A DNA stretch of 63,249 nucleotides, the filler included, from Globobulimina sp. (Eukaryota): NCBI GenBank assembly GCA_003354225.1. It is 28 parts of 28 records of this genome, joined end to end, with 100 filler letters (N's around TTAATTAATTAA, not from the genome) between each part and the next. Parts side by side here need not be neighbours in the genome. Positions count along the whole stretch, not along the records: positions 36,211 to 38,372 come from PIVH01008526.1; positions 38,473 to 40,634 come from PIVH01008527.1; positions 40,735 to 42,896 come from PIVH01008528.1; positions 42,997 to 45,158 come from PIVH01008529.1; positions 45,259 to 47,420 come from PIVH01008530.1; positions 47,521 to 49,682 come from PIVH01008531.1; 22 more parts are not named here. One strand, written 5' to 3'. Positions 36,698 to 48,629 of this stretch are shown here, in pieces (the stretch's first letter is position 1; each line of letters begins with the position of its first letter). Made by a program: the position numbers and the translations under genes. Under the pieces are notes generated by a model. The model saw nothing but the letters and a program-made list of their open reading frames with translations, had not been told where the DNA came from and searched no databases.

Positions 36698-37057
36698 TTA
36701 TTACATATTTTTTTTCACTTGCAAACACCTATTTGTTTTGTATTTATTTTGAACAATGTGCGTTGTAATTAGTTGGTGCGGGTTATACTTATTTCGTGTG
36801 CGGCGGTGTGCGTTTTCTATTTCGTGCGCGGGTCACTTGGTTATATTTTTATCAGTAAATTGTTTCTTTCTTATTATAGATTTGATTTTTTTGCATTTTG
36901 ATTCATGCTAAAAATATAACCCGCACACGAAATAACTCAAATAAGTATAACCCGTACACACAAAAATGAATCATCCCCGCACACCAAAAAATAGATAGCA
37001 CAATCTAAAGAACAACGCGCACAGTTTTCTTGCAAGTGAAAAAGAAATATGTAATAA
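36698..37057. mobile_element. Foldback/MITE-like element, 27-28-bp TIRs plus internal inverted repeats
   Basis: TTATTACATATTTTTTTTCACTTGCAA (36698-36724) vs TTGCAAGTGAAAAAGAAATATGTAATAA (37030-37057); internal CGGGTTATACTTATTT / AAATAAGTATAACCCG. Confidence 0.7.
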
Positions 37058-37229
37058 TGACAGTATTTTGGCGGTGCTATATATTGAATATTAATTAATT
37101 GCATCCGTTAAATCCTTAGCTTATTAAATCATGATTTAAATGGATACAATTAATTCAATTTCCATATCAATGAGCAGTCAACAAACCGACAACAATTATT
37201 TAATTTCGAGCAGTGCCAAAATGCTGTCA
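37058..37229. mobile_element. Second abutting MITE-like element, 21-bp imperfect TIRs
   Basis: TGACAGTATTTTGGCGGTGCT vs AGCAGTGCCAAAATGCTGTCA; internal hairpin AATTAATTGCATCC...GGATACAATTAATT. Confidence 0.6.
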
Positions 37230-37324
37230 ATAAATGCATCATAAACAAATGTTTTGTACTTCGTATATCGAATACTAAAAAAACAAACAGATATCCTGCA
37301 GCAGCTATCACAGTTAAATACTAA

Positions 37325-38372
37325 TATGCACAGTTCCTATGCATCATCCTCACCTTCTCCTCCTCCATCGCATTTATTAAACACTGAAATTGATTTCAGA
37401 ATATTTCAAGAAACAGACACACGCTGCGCTCAAACCATTGAAAGTTGTGCTTATTTAAAGCGGTTTATGCTATGTCTACAATATTGTAACTCATTGCAAT
37501 TGTCTTCAAATCCTAAAAACAAAGATGTATTTATTGATTTCTGTACAAATATATACGTGAATATATTGGATGATTCAACACATTTATTGACTCAGCACAT
37601 TTATTGACTTGGATGATTCAACACATTTAAATGGCATAAAATCAATATTAATTACAAAATATAGTTTTGCAGAGTGTAAATTGGAAAATTGTGTTTTCGC
37701 ATCATGGAAGTATCAGAAAGGTGGCGGTGATCTAACATTTAATTTCTACAATGATTTAATTTCACGTATTCATTGTAATATTTTTCATTTGGATGATAAA
37801 GAGTTTGGACTTCGTGTTGCTAGATTTAATAGTAATAATAATAATAAATTTACATTGAACAGCAAAGCAACTTCAAAGTTTAATGTATTCAGCAACACAT
37901 CGGTGCCAACAAGTGTACCTTCTCAAGATGCTGGTATGTATATTTGTTATTATTTGAAATCACTTATGAACCACTTAATACATCACAGCAACTGTTTTTA
38001 TGGAGACAGCAATCGATTATTTGGATTTAGATATCAATATTCCATCACATACATTGATTAAGTTACAACAATTTTTAGTAGATTTCGAGTATGATAGTGA
38101 TGCCATGCTACAAGATGTAGATTTCGAGCACGACTCAAACATTTATCACACATTTCCAAACATTACAATTGTCCGCAGATTACAACAATATGGTCATATG
38201 CATTCAACTGAGCGTATGTAATATGTAATATGTATAATTGCATGCATCCAACTAACAAACACGCGCTCTTGCAATTTTTTGATATTGTCCAAAGGCCTCG
38301 GACGCACATTGAGCACTGGCTGGAGATTCTATTATTGGCCATTTTACGAGAATTTAGACGATGAAGGCAGGC
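37325..38372 (+). pseudogene. Lineage-expanded family gene interrupted by a local duplication
   Basis: ORFs 37254-37607, 37609-38061 and 38000-38221 are colinear; TTGGATGATTCAACACATTTA duplicated at 37566 and 37609 creates a stop/frameshift; probable introns near 37934 and 38215. Confidence 0.5.
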
Positions 38373-38520
38373 NNNNNNNNNNNNNNNNNNNNNNNNNNNN
38401 NNNNNNNNNNNNNNNNTTAATTAATTAANNNNNNNNNNNNNNNNNNNNNNNNNNNNNNNNNNNNNNNNNNNNAATTATTATCATTAAATATATAGATATA
38501 TATATACACAGTACAATTAC

Positions 38521-39393
38521 TTAACTTTTTTTTTTTTTTTTATTTCCGACTCTGTCATAAATTGACAGTGCAGATCGAAACTTTTGTGTTGGTGATGTTG
38601 ACAGTGTATGAGTCTGAGTCAATATCATATCCATTTCTTCCGGGATTTTCTCCTCCGAAGCATGTTCATTCCAATTGAATTTTATTTTTCTATTTGGTCG
38701 AAAAGTATGGTTTCTCCGGTCCGTGTAATTCCAAATTGATAGATGCTGCAAAGGAATATCCGTTATTGTCGATAATTTGCTAAATAATGTTTTAAATGTG
38801 TTATCTTTAAATATTCGGTGTTGTTTAAATAATGAAAAACGATTAAAACCAATGTTATTTATATATTTATCTTTGTTGAATTGGTTTCTATTTTTAATAA
38901 TTAAATCAAGTCCATTCATATAAAAATAATCGGTTTTACGGGTTTGCTCAATTCCGATAATAGCAAATGTTCTGCATACGTTTTTGAATGATTTTGCAAT
39001 TTCTTGAATGGTTAAAAATGTGGTGATATGTTCAATACATTTTGTACCGATCTTTCTTAGATCAAATGTAACAATCTCAACGGACTCATTCTCAACTTTT
39101 TGTTTGTTTTTGTCTGTGTCATGATTATTTTTTCCATTCTCTTGCTTTGAAACATCATGTCGTTCTTGGATTTTATTGGCTTTTTCTTTTTTATTAATTT
39201 CGATTAAACATTTGTTAAGTTTGAGTGCTTCTGATGTATAGACACTGAATTGGGATTTTAATATAAATTCCAAACAGCCTCTAATACCACCAAAACATTG
39301 TAGAATATCAGCAGTGTGTTTTTGCAATATTTCATCCTCTGTTTCCTTTACAATATGTCTTGCTTTCAACCAACTCACTATTTCACAAGGCAT
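38521..39393 (-). CDS. F-box-like protein with USP7-Ubl-like segment
   Basis: ATG 39393 (MPCEIV); LRKIGTKCIEHITTFL...KNVCRTF (F-box-like); LSIWNYTDRRNHTFRP. Confidence 0.45.
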   Translation of the reverse strand: MPCEIVSWLKARHIVKETEDEILQKHTADILQCFGGIRGCLEFILKSQFSVYTSEALKLNKCLIEINKKEKANKIQERHDVSKQENGKNNHDTDKNKQKVENESVEIVTFDLRKIGTKCIEHITTFLTIQEIAKSFKNVCRTFAIIGIEQTRKTDYFYMNGLDLIIKNRNQFNKDKYINNIGFNRFSLFKQHRIFKDNTFKTLFSKLSTITDIPLQHLSIWNYTDRRNHTFRPNRKIKFNWNEHASEEKIPEEMDMILTQTHTLSTSPTQKFRSALSIYDRVGNKKKKKS

Positions 39394-39478
39394 TGTTTCA
39401 GAAAAACCATATTTTTTGAGGTTTTTGTATTTTGTTTTCACGAAATAAATTAAATAAAAAAGAATGAAGCACAAAGGT

Positions 39479-39958
39479 TTATTGTTTTGGTAAAGGTTGT
39501 ATGATGAAATCATATGATAGTTCCAATATTGTGGCCCAGTCAATCGATTCTGTATCAAATGTACGGACAGAACACGCCGTTACGTTTTTATCACACAAAA
39601 TACTTTTAATATTTTCTACATTTTCTTTAAATCCAGCCAATAAACCATGCACTGTAATATCCGATTTATCATCATATGAAATTCCTGGTGTTTCAATATC
39701 ATCACTCAAATATTTACATTCTTCACACTTTTCACTGTAAATAAACAAAAAACAAAAAATATAAACAAAGAGAGTAAAACCGAACATAATGGTCGAATCC
39801 TTGGCTGTTAATATTATGATTCTATTCGGTTTAATATTACATTTAATTAAACTTTTTGATTGATTTACAGTCCGAGGAAAACTATCCAAAACATAACCAT
39901 TTTTCAAAATATTTGTATCATTAAAAATATCATTTGCTATCATTTGAACAATTAAATC
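39479..39958 (-). pseudogene. Adenylate kinase-like C-terminal fragment lacking the P-loop
   Basis: DLIVQMIAND...NGYVLDSFPRTVNQ...PNRIIIL; an in-frame stop lies just upstream; probable intron about 39736-39786. Confidence 0.65.
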
Positions 39959-40634
39959 ATTTTAATTTAACAAAAAAATGTTTCTCATTATCTTGTTGAT
40001 TTTTCTTTATTTGATTGTTTGCATTATTCACAAGCAATGATTCTCTCAATTGAGTTAGTTTCATATCCTTCGCAGAAATACCCATTCGTTTATTAACAAA
40101 ATTATCAATATTTGGTAAAATAACAAAATACATTCTATAACAATACAACATTATCAGTATTAATATTGGCAAGTTGTAAGATATTAATATGCCAACAACA
40201 GATTTGTAACAAAAATATGCAACACACACTGCAGGAACATAAACTGCAAAAAATACAACCAATGTACAATTCCGTATATACTCAAAATCTAACACCGCAT
40301 ATAATGTTGCTTGTAATACGCTGAACACACAGTTCAAGAAACACATCAATCCGCAAATTATCATTCCTGTATCAATTTGATGAAACACATCATTGTATGA
40401 AGTAAGACTGCATTCATATTCTTGATATTCACACAATGTATCAGATACATAATAATATGGAATGCTTGATTTATAAATAATAATCACAATAAATGCTACC
40501 ATTCCAAACAATATAGATCCAGCAAAATACGCTCTAAACATCCACCTAAAAGCTCCATAATTTTTAGCTCCAATAAATCTCGATCCAGTTAATCTCATTC
40601 CATATCCTAAAGTTATTGGAAATACACTGCCTTG
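39957..40634 (-). CDS. Multi-pass membrane protein fragment
   Basis: 213-aa ORF with four hydrophobic segments, open to contig edge. Confidence 0.55.
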   Translation of the reverse strand, partial: QGSVFPITLGYGMRLTGSRFIGAKNYGAFRWMFRAYFAGSILFGMVAFIVIIIYKSSIPYYYVSDTLCEYQEYECSLTSYNDVFHQIDTGMIICGLMCFLNCVFSVLQATLYAVLDFEYIRNCTLVVFFAVYVPAVCVAYFCYKSVVGILISYNLPILILIMLYCYRMYFVILPNIDNFVNKRMGISAKDMKLTQLRESLLVNNANNQIKKNQQDNEKHFFVKLK

Positions 40635-40734
40635 NNNNNNNNNNNNNNNNNNNNNNNNNNNNNNNNNNNNNNNNNNNNTTAATTAATTAANNNNNNNNNN
40701 NNNNNNNNNNNNNNNNNNNNNNNNNNNNNNNNNN

Positions 40735-42637
40735 AAATGTCGAACGCATTTATCTGTTGCAGTCCATCCGTTCATCATATTTATATATTCTACCTTTAAA
40801 TTCATTGCTAATCTTGAGAGTTTGCAGCAATTTGATTCTTTTATTTGTTGATTGTGATGATAAAAACTTGCAAATGACTGTCCCGTAGAGGAAGGATTTA
40901 CGATTAAGATCAATAACAACGGAAATACATCAAATATACACTGTATTAAAAACTGTATAACTGCAGTTTGTAAGTAATGAGAATGTGGTAGATATGGATT
41001 ATATTCGTATTGTAAGTTTATACCAAATAAAGCAAACATTAACGGAATTAATAAAGTCGCAATATAATGTATCATAATATCATGCAGAAAATTACATTGT
41101 GCCAAAAAATGATCATCCTGAAGATTTGTGATTGAATATTCATCATCGTAATAACTGATTAATTTACAAAGCATATTATCTTCAATGATTAGAAATATTT
41201 TATTAAAGCAACGCGAGAGTATACAAAATGCAGTCACAGCAACAGCAAACTCAACAGGATCAACAAATGTGTATAACATAAGAAATACTGATAATTTAAT
41301 GATAAACATGAGAGGAATTGCAAACAATATCATTTTATTAAATGATTGCATAGAACCGTAATGCGCGTTATATGACCATGATATTGAATGTTTTGTTTGC
41401 GAATCAGATAATAAAATTGTTAGCCATCGCATTAAAATCCTCATAAATAATAATAATAACTCACCAATCAATAATGTACCAAATATTGTGATAAATAAAT
41501 GAATCAAAAAACTTTGATCAGAAAATAGATGGCTATGTGTATTATGATTTAAAATAAAAGAAAGAACAAAACGAAAATTAATATAAAAAAAGGCAATTGT
41601 TAATGTAATAATGACTGAAAATAAAATACAAATGAATACTAATTTTGAACAGGAATAGTTGTTTGCAATGGAAGCAATAATCGTTGATTTTATTTTTATT
41701 TTTTGGTAGATTTCGTGATTATTTTTGATCTGTGATGGCGACGAAGACACTGACGACTCAGATGATGATTGGATGGATAATTGATTTGCATTCCGGCTCT
41801 TTTTAATAATCACAAACAACAAAATCAATGAAAACAACATAGCAATAATTATTTCCGAGATATTTAAAATGTGATAAAAAAACGAGTATGAATATATTTG
41901 TAAAATAGAAAATGTAATATTGCTCATAATAACAACAAATATAAATAAAATAATAAAATATCTCAATAATTTTGTGTTTGAATTATCTTCGAAATTCCAG
42001 GCAATCGGAATAATCAAACACTGAATCATCAAACCTAAAAAAAATATAATATTACTCACACAAATAGCTATCCAAACCCATGACGAAAATGGTAAATACG
42101 ACAGTATTGACAATGCATATTTTGATACATCATTGATATCGCTATTTTGATTGCGTTGATATTGATAATATGAAGAAAACATAAATCTTATCCATAAAAT
42201 GGTGATAAGAAAAGTAATTGTATGTGATGTAACACTTAATGCGGATTGGAATATATATTTGATCCATGATTTAATAAATTGAATATTATCACACTGCAAC
42301 GAGATTGGACCAGGAATAATATTAATGTCAATATTCATTGTATTGAATGGGTTCGTATTCATATCGATTTTAGCAAGTGATGGTGGCATAGGGGATAATG
42401 ACTGAGTGTTTAATCTCCTTTTTTTTATTTCAACATCCAATATTAACAGAAAAGAAAAAAAGAATGAAGCACAAATGTGTTTTAATTTTACCTTATTGGC
42501 AATGATGTAAAATTTGAAGGTTCATTGCAATTGCTGTTAATGTCGATTTCTTGTGTCTCTATATCTTCGGTTTTGGAGATATGGTTGTGTTATATTGCGC
42601 AATTAAATGAAATACCTTTTGGCAGTGTTAGATCCAT
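40735..42637 (-). CDS. Polytopic membrane protein of unknown function, 3'-partial
   Basis: About 10 hydrophobic segments in ORF 40735-42440; ATG 42637 linked through two short GT-AG introns. Confidence 0.65.
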
Positions 42638-42996
42638 ATCAGTTATTACTGTTTTCAAAAGTGTTGTTTTTTTTTAGCACAATAAAAAAACTTTAAAATA
42701 GTTTTAAATGGAATTAAAGAAGATTAAAAGTAAAAAGTTTGTGGATTTTGGATCTTTTTTGTATTCCTCTTTACTCATAAACCTATAACAAACGTATAAA
42801 ATAAGTAAACAATTGTAAACAATTGTAAAAAAAAAAAAGAACAAAATAAGAACAGTTTTTTTGTTCTTCTCCAAAAACAAACTCTCGGTACAAAGANNNN
42901 NNNNNNNNNNNNNNNNNNNNNNNNNNNNNNNNNNNNNNNNTTAATTAATTAANNNNNNNNNNNNNNNNNNNNNNNNNNNNNNNNNNNNNNNNNNNN

Positions 42997-45158
42997 TCAG
43001 CCACCAATCATCGCCCAAACCTGGATACCTTTGCACAGCACCTTCCTCCGCCCAGAAAGCCAACCAAATATCAGCTCCGGTTAAAAATACTTGGCTCAGC
43101 ATTAACAAACAAATGTCGAACAACAACCATAATACGCCCACAATATGCCGCTTCCGCGGCACATAATCATTGACCACGCCATTGTGGTTAAACGGGTTCA
43201 CCGCATTGCTAAAGTATCGCAAATACGTTTTCCAGGCAACCCCCGTTTTGCCTTCGCCTTTCTTGCCACGGACTGCTTGCTCGATTGTGCCATATCCGAC
43301 AGCTTGCGGGGTGTACGTTTTCTCCTCATCCGTGTCGGTTTCTTTTTTTTTGTCATCATATTTCTGTTCTTTTTCATCGTATTTCTGCTCTTCCTCTGTT
43401 TTTTCGCGCGTATCCTCTGGTAATAAATACAAGTAACTTTCATTTTGGAGCACCTGATCGTATGTAGTTTGAACCACTAATTTTCCTTTGTCGAGGATAA
43501 TAATTTCATCCATATATTGCAATAAATGCAGATGCGAGTCCAGCACTAATAATATTGTTTTATCTGCCAACAATTGTGTGATACCGTAGGTGAACATATT
43601 GCTTCCAAAGGGACTGTCTACTGCAGACAATGGCGCATCAAACAAGAACAGATTTGTTATGTTGGCGCGATATAAAGCTCTGCAAAATGATATTCTTTGT
43701 TTTTGTCCAGCTAAATATCACAGGATATGTCAACAAAAAATGATAATATAGAATGTATTTATTTGCGTACCTGACAAATTAATTCCTTTCTCGCCAATTT
43801 CAGTCAGATCTCCGTTGGCTCAAATCTTCAGATCATGGCCCAACGAGGAAGCTTTTAGACACTGTGTATAATATTTTTCGTTGTAAGGAAGTCCCCATAG
43901 AACATTAGCACGCACAGTGTCATTGGTACAGAATGGTGTTTGTGAGACATAACCAATACATTCTTTGCTATTTCCTGTACATCCATTCACTTTTAGCACA
44001 CCATTTATTTGTTCCATTTCACGCAAAATAGCCTGAATTAGACTCGATTTGCCAGACTCTTTCGCACCAACAAGCGCATATAATTTACCTTTACATTTCC
44101 AATTAATTCGGTTTTTAATTTGTTAAAGAAAACAGTGAATATAAACCTACCGCGTTCCAGTTTAATTGTAATTTGCTCCAACAAAAATCCATAATCTTTC
44201 TCCTCTTTTTCATCGTTATAATTCCCACTCACCGTAGAAAAGAGACTTCCTCTCCGAAAGCTATCCTTTTTCCCATCTTTTTGTATCTTTGGCCATTTAA
44301 ACGATGCATTTTTCATATACACAACATATTTCTCATTGTAATCGCTATCATCCATCACATGAGTTACAACATCATCTTGTTTTGGTGCTGGCAGAATCAT
44401 ATCAATTTGGTCTGGAGCATTATAAAATTTATTCAACCGAGTAATTGCCACAATTCCTCCCACTCCAATCATCATAGCAACCGGTAAAATCCGTATGGCA
44501 AAGCCCAGCATTTGTACCAAAGTAATAACAGCAAATACAGTTTGTACGGATAAGGTGTTTCCCAAAGAAACATAAGTTCCAATCATTATCAATAACATTA
44601 CCGGCGGCGTAGCTCCATTCATCACCGCCAAGATTGAATTAAATTTTATCCGCTTAAACAATCGGTCCATTTCTTGTCTCCGATAGTTTAATACCTCATT
44701 CATTAAAGCACCTTTGATATTGATTAATGTTCAAAAAAGTTACAAGCAGAATATATATCACATAACATACGTTCCCAACTGTACAATTTTGTAACCTTAA
44801 TTCCTTTGATTAATTCATCAATAAAACTCACTCTCTTCCCGCTCTGCGTCATATAGCCCTTCCACGCCGCCATGACTCTGCCACCGAGTACAGACTGCAC
44901 CGGAAAGGAGATTACAATGACAAAGAGCCAGCCAGCCAAGGCAGAGATGCCCAGCTCGACATGTAACAAAATAATGACTGCCGCCATCATAATGTTCTGC
45001 GCGACAAAGATGGGCTGATACGCCAAGGCGTAGGCAATCATTCTTGTGTCGGCCGCCAGCAATGTCACTTTCTGTCCAGTGCACAATTCGGCGGTGGAAT
45101 CGTTAGAAATGGACATATTTATTGCTTTGTGATATATGACATAGGATAATAAGCCATT
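42997..45158 (-). CDS. ABCC/MRP transporter internal fragment (TMD1-NBD1-start of TMD2) with an in-frame TGA
   Basis: GIKVTKLYSWE; Walker A GAKESGKS; YVSQTP; TEIGEKGINLS|AGQKQRI; DAPLSAVD; WLAFW; three introns; TGA at 43820-43822. Confidence 0.9.
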
Positions 45159-46113
45159 NNNNNNNNNNNNNNNNNNNNNNNNNNNNNNNNNNNNNNNNNN
45201 NNTTAATTAATTAANNNNNNNNNNNNNNNNNNNNNNNNNNNNNNNNNNNNNNNNNNNNCATTTTCGAATTTTCCGCCTCGCCCGAAAGTTCAGTTGATTC
45301 TTGCCTCCTTTCCGGCTTGTCGTATCCATGTATGTGTGGAGTTATTTTAAAAAAATCCGTAGTCAAAACCATAGGTGTGTTGTCGGATTTCTTGGGTGGC
45401 TTTGTCACGGTTATAGTAGTTAGCGCTGTCTCGTTTCGTTTGCCTTCATTCTTGTTGCCTCCAATTTCTTTTGCTCCTACATATTCCGGTTGCCCCCAAT
45501 TTCGGTTGGCCCGAAAAACTTGAAAACATAAAAATAGTGAGTAGGTAGCTAAATGATTAATTGCAATTTTTGGTGCGGGTTTGCGGGGTGGGGCAGATAA
45601 ACTCACACAGAGTATGTAGCTTGTGGGGTTAATTGGAGAAAACGTTTTCCGACCCGCAGCAGGGTAATTTCACCTGCGCCGAATACAGGAAATCCTCTCG
45701 ACATACTATATGTACATACAAACACTTTTGGAGGTTTTTGGAAGTAACTAATCAATTGCTCACTAATAATTTTTAAATTTGGGAGTAAGTGGAAAAGGGG
45801 GCAACATGAATTGGGGTTGGGGGCAATCGGAGTTGGGGCATTCAACTTTTAGGCAATAGTCCAGTCGTTTTCCGCCTTTTCGTCCACGACGGGAAGGTTT
45901 GGGTGGGTAAAGTGTTAGGTTGGGGTCCCCAAACTCTCCCAATACTCGACTTACTACATCTGTTGCAAACTGTGGTGTCTAAGATGGATACAGTAGCTAT
46001 TCTGTATAACCATTGTTGCGTGTTGCAGTATATTTTCTTACTGTGTTACATAAGGATATTTTGTTAAGAATAATAATATCGTGATCGATATATTTTTATT
46101 GTATTTTCAGAAG

Positions 46114-47370
46114 ATGAAACGAAAAATAACGTTCAATTCTGACGACGCTCCGCAGCGAAAATTTTTCCGAGTCGATTCCTCCGTTAAAGCTTCCACTCCC
46201 AAATCTTTTCGAGATGATCCCTTTGTTAACTATGATAATAAGGATTTCATTTCTAATTTGCCAAATGGATTGATTGCAAAGATTCTTTTACTCTCTATTC
46301 CCAAAGATTGGTTTCTTCGCAGAGCAAAACGATTGGAAAAAGTCAGTAAACGTTTTTTTGAAGTTGTTCGATCTAATAGTCAACTATGGAAGGGCTATTC
46401 AAAATTCACACGTTTCACTGTTTGCGAAGATTATTGTAGAATAAACGGTGAAATTTTCTCCTCTGAACATTGGGCAAAAGTATTGGAAGCTTTTTTGAAA
46501 CGTCCTGTGTCGATCAAGTCGTTCTCAATCAACATCAGTGATGTTCCTAGAATTTACATGGCAACAAATATTATATGTAAGGAAAGAGAAAAGTTTCATT
46601 TGTCAAAAGTTCGATTTGAAATGACCGACATGTCTTGGTTGAGTACCGCTTTGTTGCAACTTGATTTGAAAGGTGTACAAGTTTTACACGTCCTCAATTA
46701 TCATTCAAACCAAGAAAACCCTATCGGATTTGTTCTCAATTATCAGTCAAATGAAGAAAATCCAATTGGTCCTTTGATTCAATCTTGCGTCTCGTTAGAC
46801 ACGTTGATTTTGGATGAAAAGAATTTCAACCAGACTTTCAGCGATTTAGACGTCCATTATCAACCTTTCCCTACCACTGTTTTGCGATACAAAAGCAAGG
46901 AAATAAATTGTATGATATTGAAAGATGCCGACATTCGTTATTCGTACATTAGAAGATTTATACCGAAATTGCGATCTCTTATGTTCCTCGAATATTTCGA
47001 AGATAGTTTTTGTACTGTTTTGTTGGATTTGTGTCGATTTATAAATGGAAGAAAAGTTTCGACGAACTTGGAACATCTTGTTCTAGAATCTTGGTTCTGT
47101 ATGGACGGTACTCATGCCAACTATTTGCCAGCCATTGTTTCCGCAATCGACGCGTTTCCCAATTTGCGATATCTTGTCATTCGATCAAATTCCGTACATA
47201 CAATCCATAATGAATTGATTCGAAAGATTATTATGTATATCTACAATCGACTCGAGGAACGACAACGATCGATCACATTGAAAATTCGCCCTACGCTATT
47301 AAAGCTTCTGTTGTATAATTTGAAGTCACTTTCGAACATTGATGAAATTGTACCTATGCACGAAGAATAG
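46114..47370 (+). CDS. F-box/LRR-like protein
   Basis: ISNLPNGLIAKIL...KVSKRFFEVV...LWK (F-box); LRR-like SLDTLILD, NLEHLVLE, FPNLRYLVI; ATG preceded by TTTTCAG. Confidence 0.75.
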   Translation: MKRKITFNSDDAPQRKFFRVDSSVKASTPKSFRDDPFVNYDNKDFISNLPNGLIAKILLLSIPKDWFLRRAKRLEKVSKRFFEVVRSNSQLWKGYSKFTRFTVCEDYCRINGEIFSSEHWAKVLEAFLKRPVSIKSFSINISDVPRIYMATNIICKEREKFHLSKVRFEMTDMSWLSTALLQLDLKGVQVLHVLNYHSNQENPIGFVLNYQSNEENPIGPLIQSCVSLDTLILDEKNFNQTFSDLDVHYQPFPTTVLRYKSKEINCMILKDADIRYSYIRRFIPKLRSLMFLEYFEDSFCTVLLDLCRFINGRKVSTNLEHLVLESWFCMDGTHANYLPAIVSAIDAFPNLRYLVIRSNSVHTIHNELIRKIIMYIYNRLEERQRSITLKIRPTLLKLLLYNLKSLSNIDEIVPMHEE

Positions 47371-47520
47371 TTTAATTTGATCAAAGGAAATTTCTAAAAC
47401 AAATTCAATCCAAAACAGGGNNNNNNNNNNNNNNNNNNNNNNNNNNNNNNNNNNNNNNNNNNNNTTAATTAATTAANNNNNNNNNNNNNNNNNNNNNNNN
47501 NNNNNNNNNNNNNNNNNNNN

Positions 47521-48510
47521 ATGTTTGCATAGATTTTTTATTTTCACACAACACCATTTGATACACAATACCAACACAATGCAAACCGACAATTATCAGC
47601 AATAACACAGATAAATTATACAACTTGTTTTTAAAATGAAATTCATTTTCATCATTAAATATAATCAAAATAAATAAAACGTTTATATAAATCATTAAAA
47701 TCAACTCAATCCAACCAAAAAGGAAAGGAAATAGAAAGAAATGTTTCAAACACTCCTCATCCACCAAATCATACCAACAATTGGATAATTTTCTTGCTTT
47801 GTGTTCTTGTGAGATAATAAACGATTCGATTCGGTCCAATATATCCTCAGATATTTCTGCTGGAACAGTATCTCTCAAATAATATTCATTTATATAAAAA
47901 CGCGTTTCTGAAAACACTTTTAACAAATTATGATAACGTTTAATATTTGCATCGTAACTCATGACCTGAGAGAAGGATAACAGTCCGAGATGATGTAAAA
48001 TGGTGTGACAAACATTTTGTTTATTATTATTTTTTCGCTTAACTGCAGCTAATACAATTTGTGTTTCTAACGCATTCTCTGTGATACTGATATTTGTATT
48101 ATTTTGGGGGATGACAGGCACTGTTTTTATAACAGGAGAGGTTTTTTCAGTATCATTGTTGGTTGTGGTTGGATCATCGTTTTTCATTTGTTGTAACACG
48201 TCAATTTCAGTCGGTTGTGGTGTACACGATTGCGTATCGCTTGGGTCTTCATCAGCAGTGATATCGCCATCACTCCATATATTGTACAGTCCATAGCCAC
48301 CGACTGTTAATGAATGGCTATCTGTCTGCTTATAATGCTGTCTCTTTTAATTTGCGGTTTATTGCCAGCTGATGTCTCTTTTTTTGATTCACTTGCCTGT
48401 GATGCATCCGCTACATTGTCAACTTCAAATGATTGGATTTGTGAGGCACTGATATTGAGGGCAACCGACTCGCTGGGAACACGTTCATGTTCGTTTGTTT
48501 CCGTTTTCAT
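47521..48510 (-). CDS. Membrane protein N-terminal part with a one-base frameshift near 48345
   Basis: ORF 48307-48510 and the frame of ORF 47465-48199 join if one A is added in ATTAAAAGAGA; hydrophobic segments near contig edge. Confidence 0.5.
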
Positions 48511-48629
48511 GATTAAAGAGGTTTTCTATGCATTTAAATTTTAAGTAAGCGAGACGTTCTCTATAAAAATTAAATTTAAAATTATTTACTTATCAATAAT
48601 TAATGTTATTATATATACGTTACAGAATA

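Noticed and set aside
42590-42592. In-frame TAA after ATG 42637
   Set aside because: Falls inside a 51-nt GT-AG intron (GTATTT...CCGAAG) whose removal keeps the frame
48340-48350. Possible programmed frameshift
   Set aside because: One missing base in an A-run with no slippery heptamer or downstream structure; error or mutation more likely
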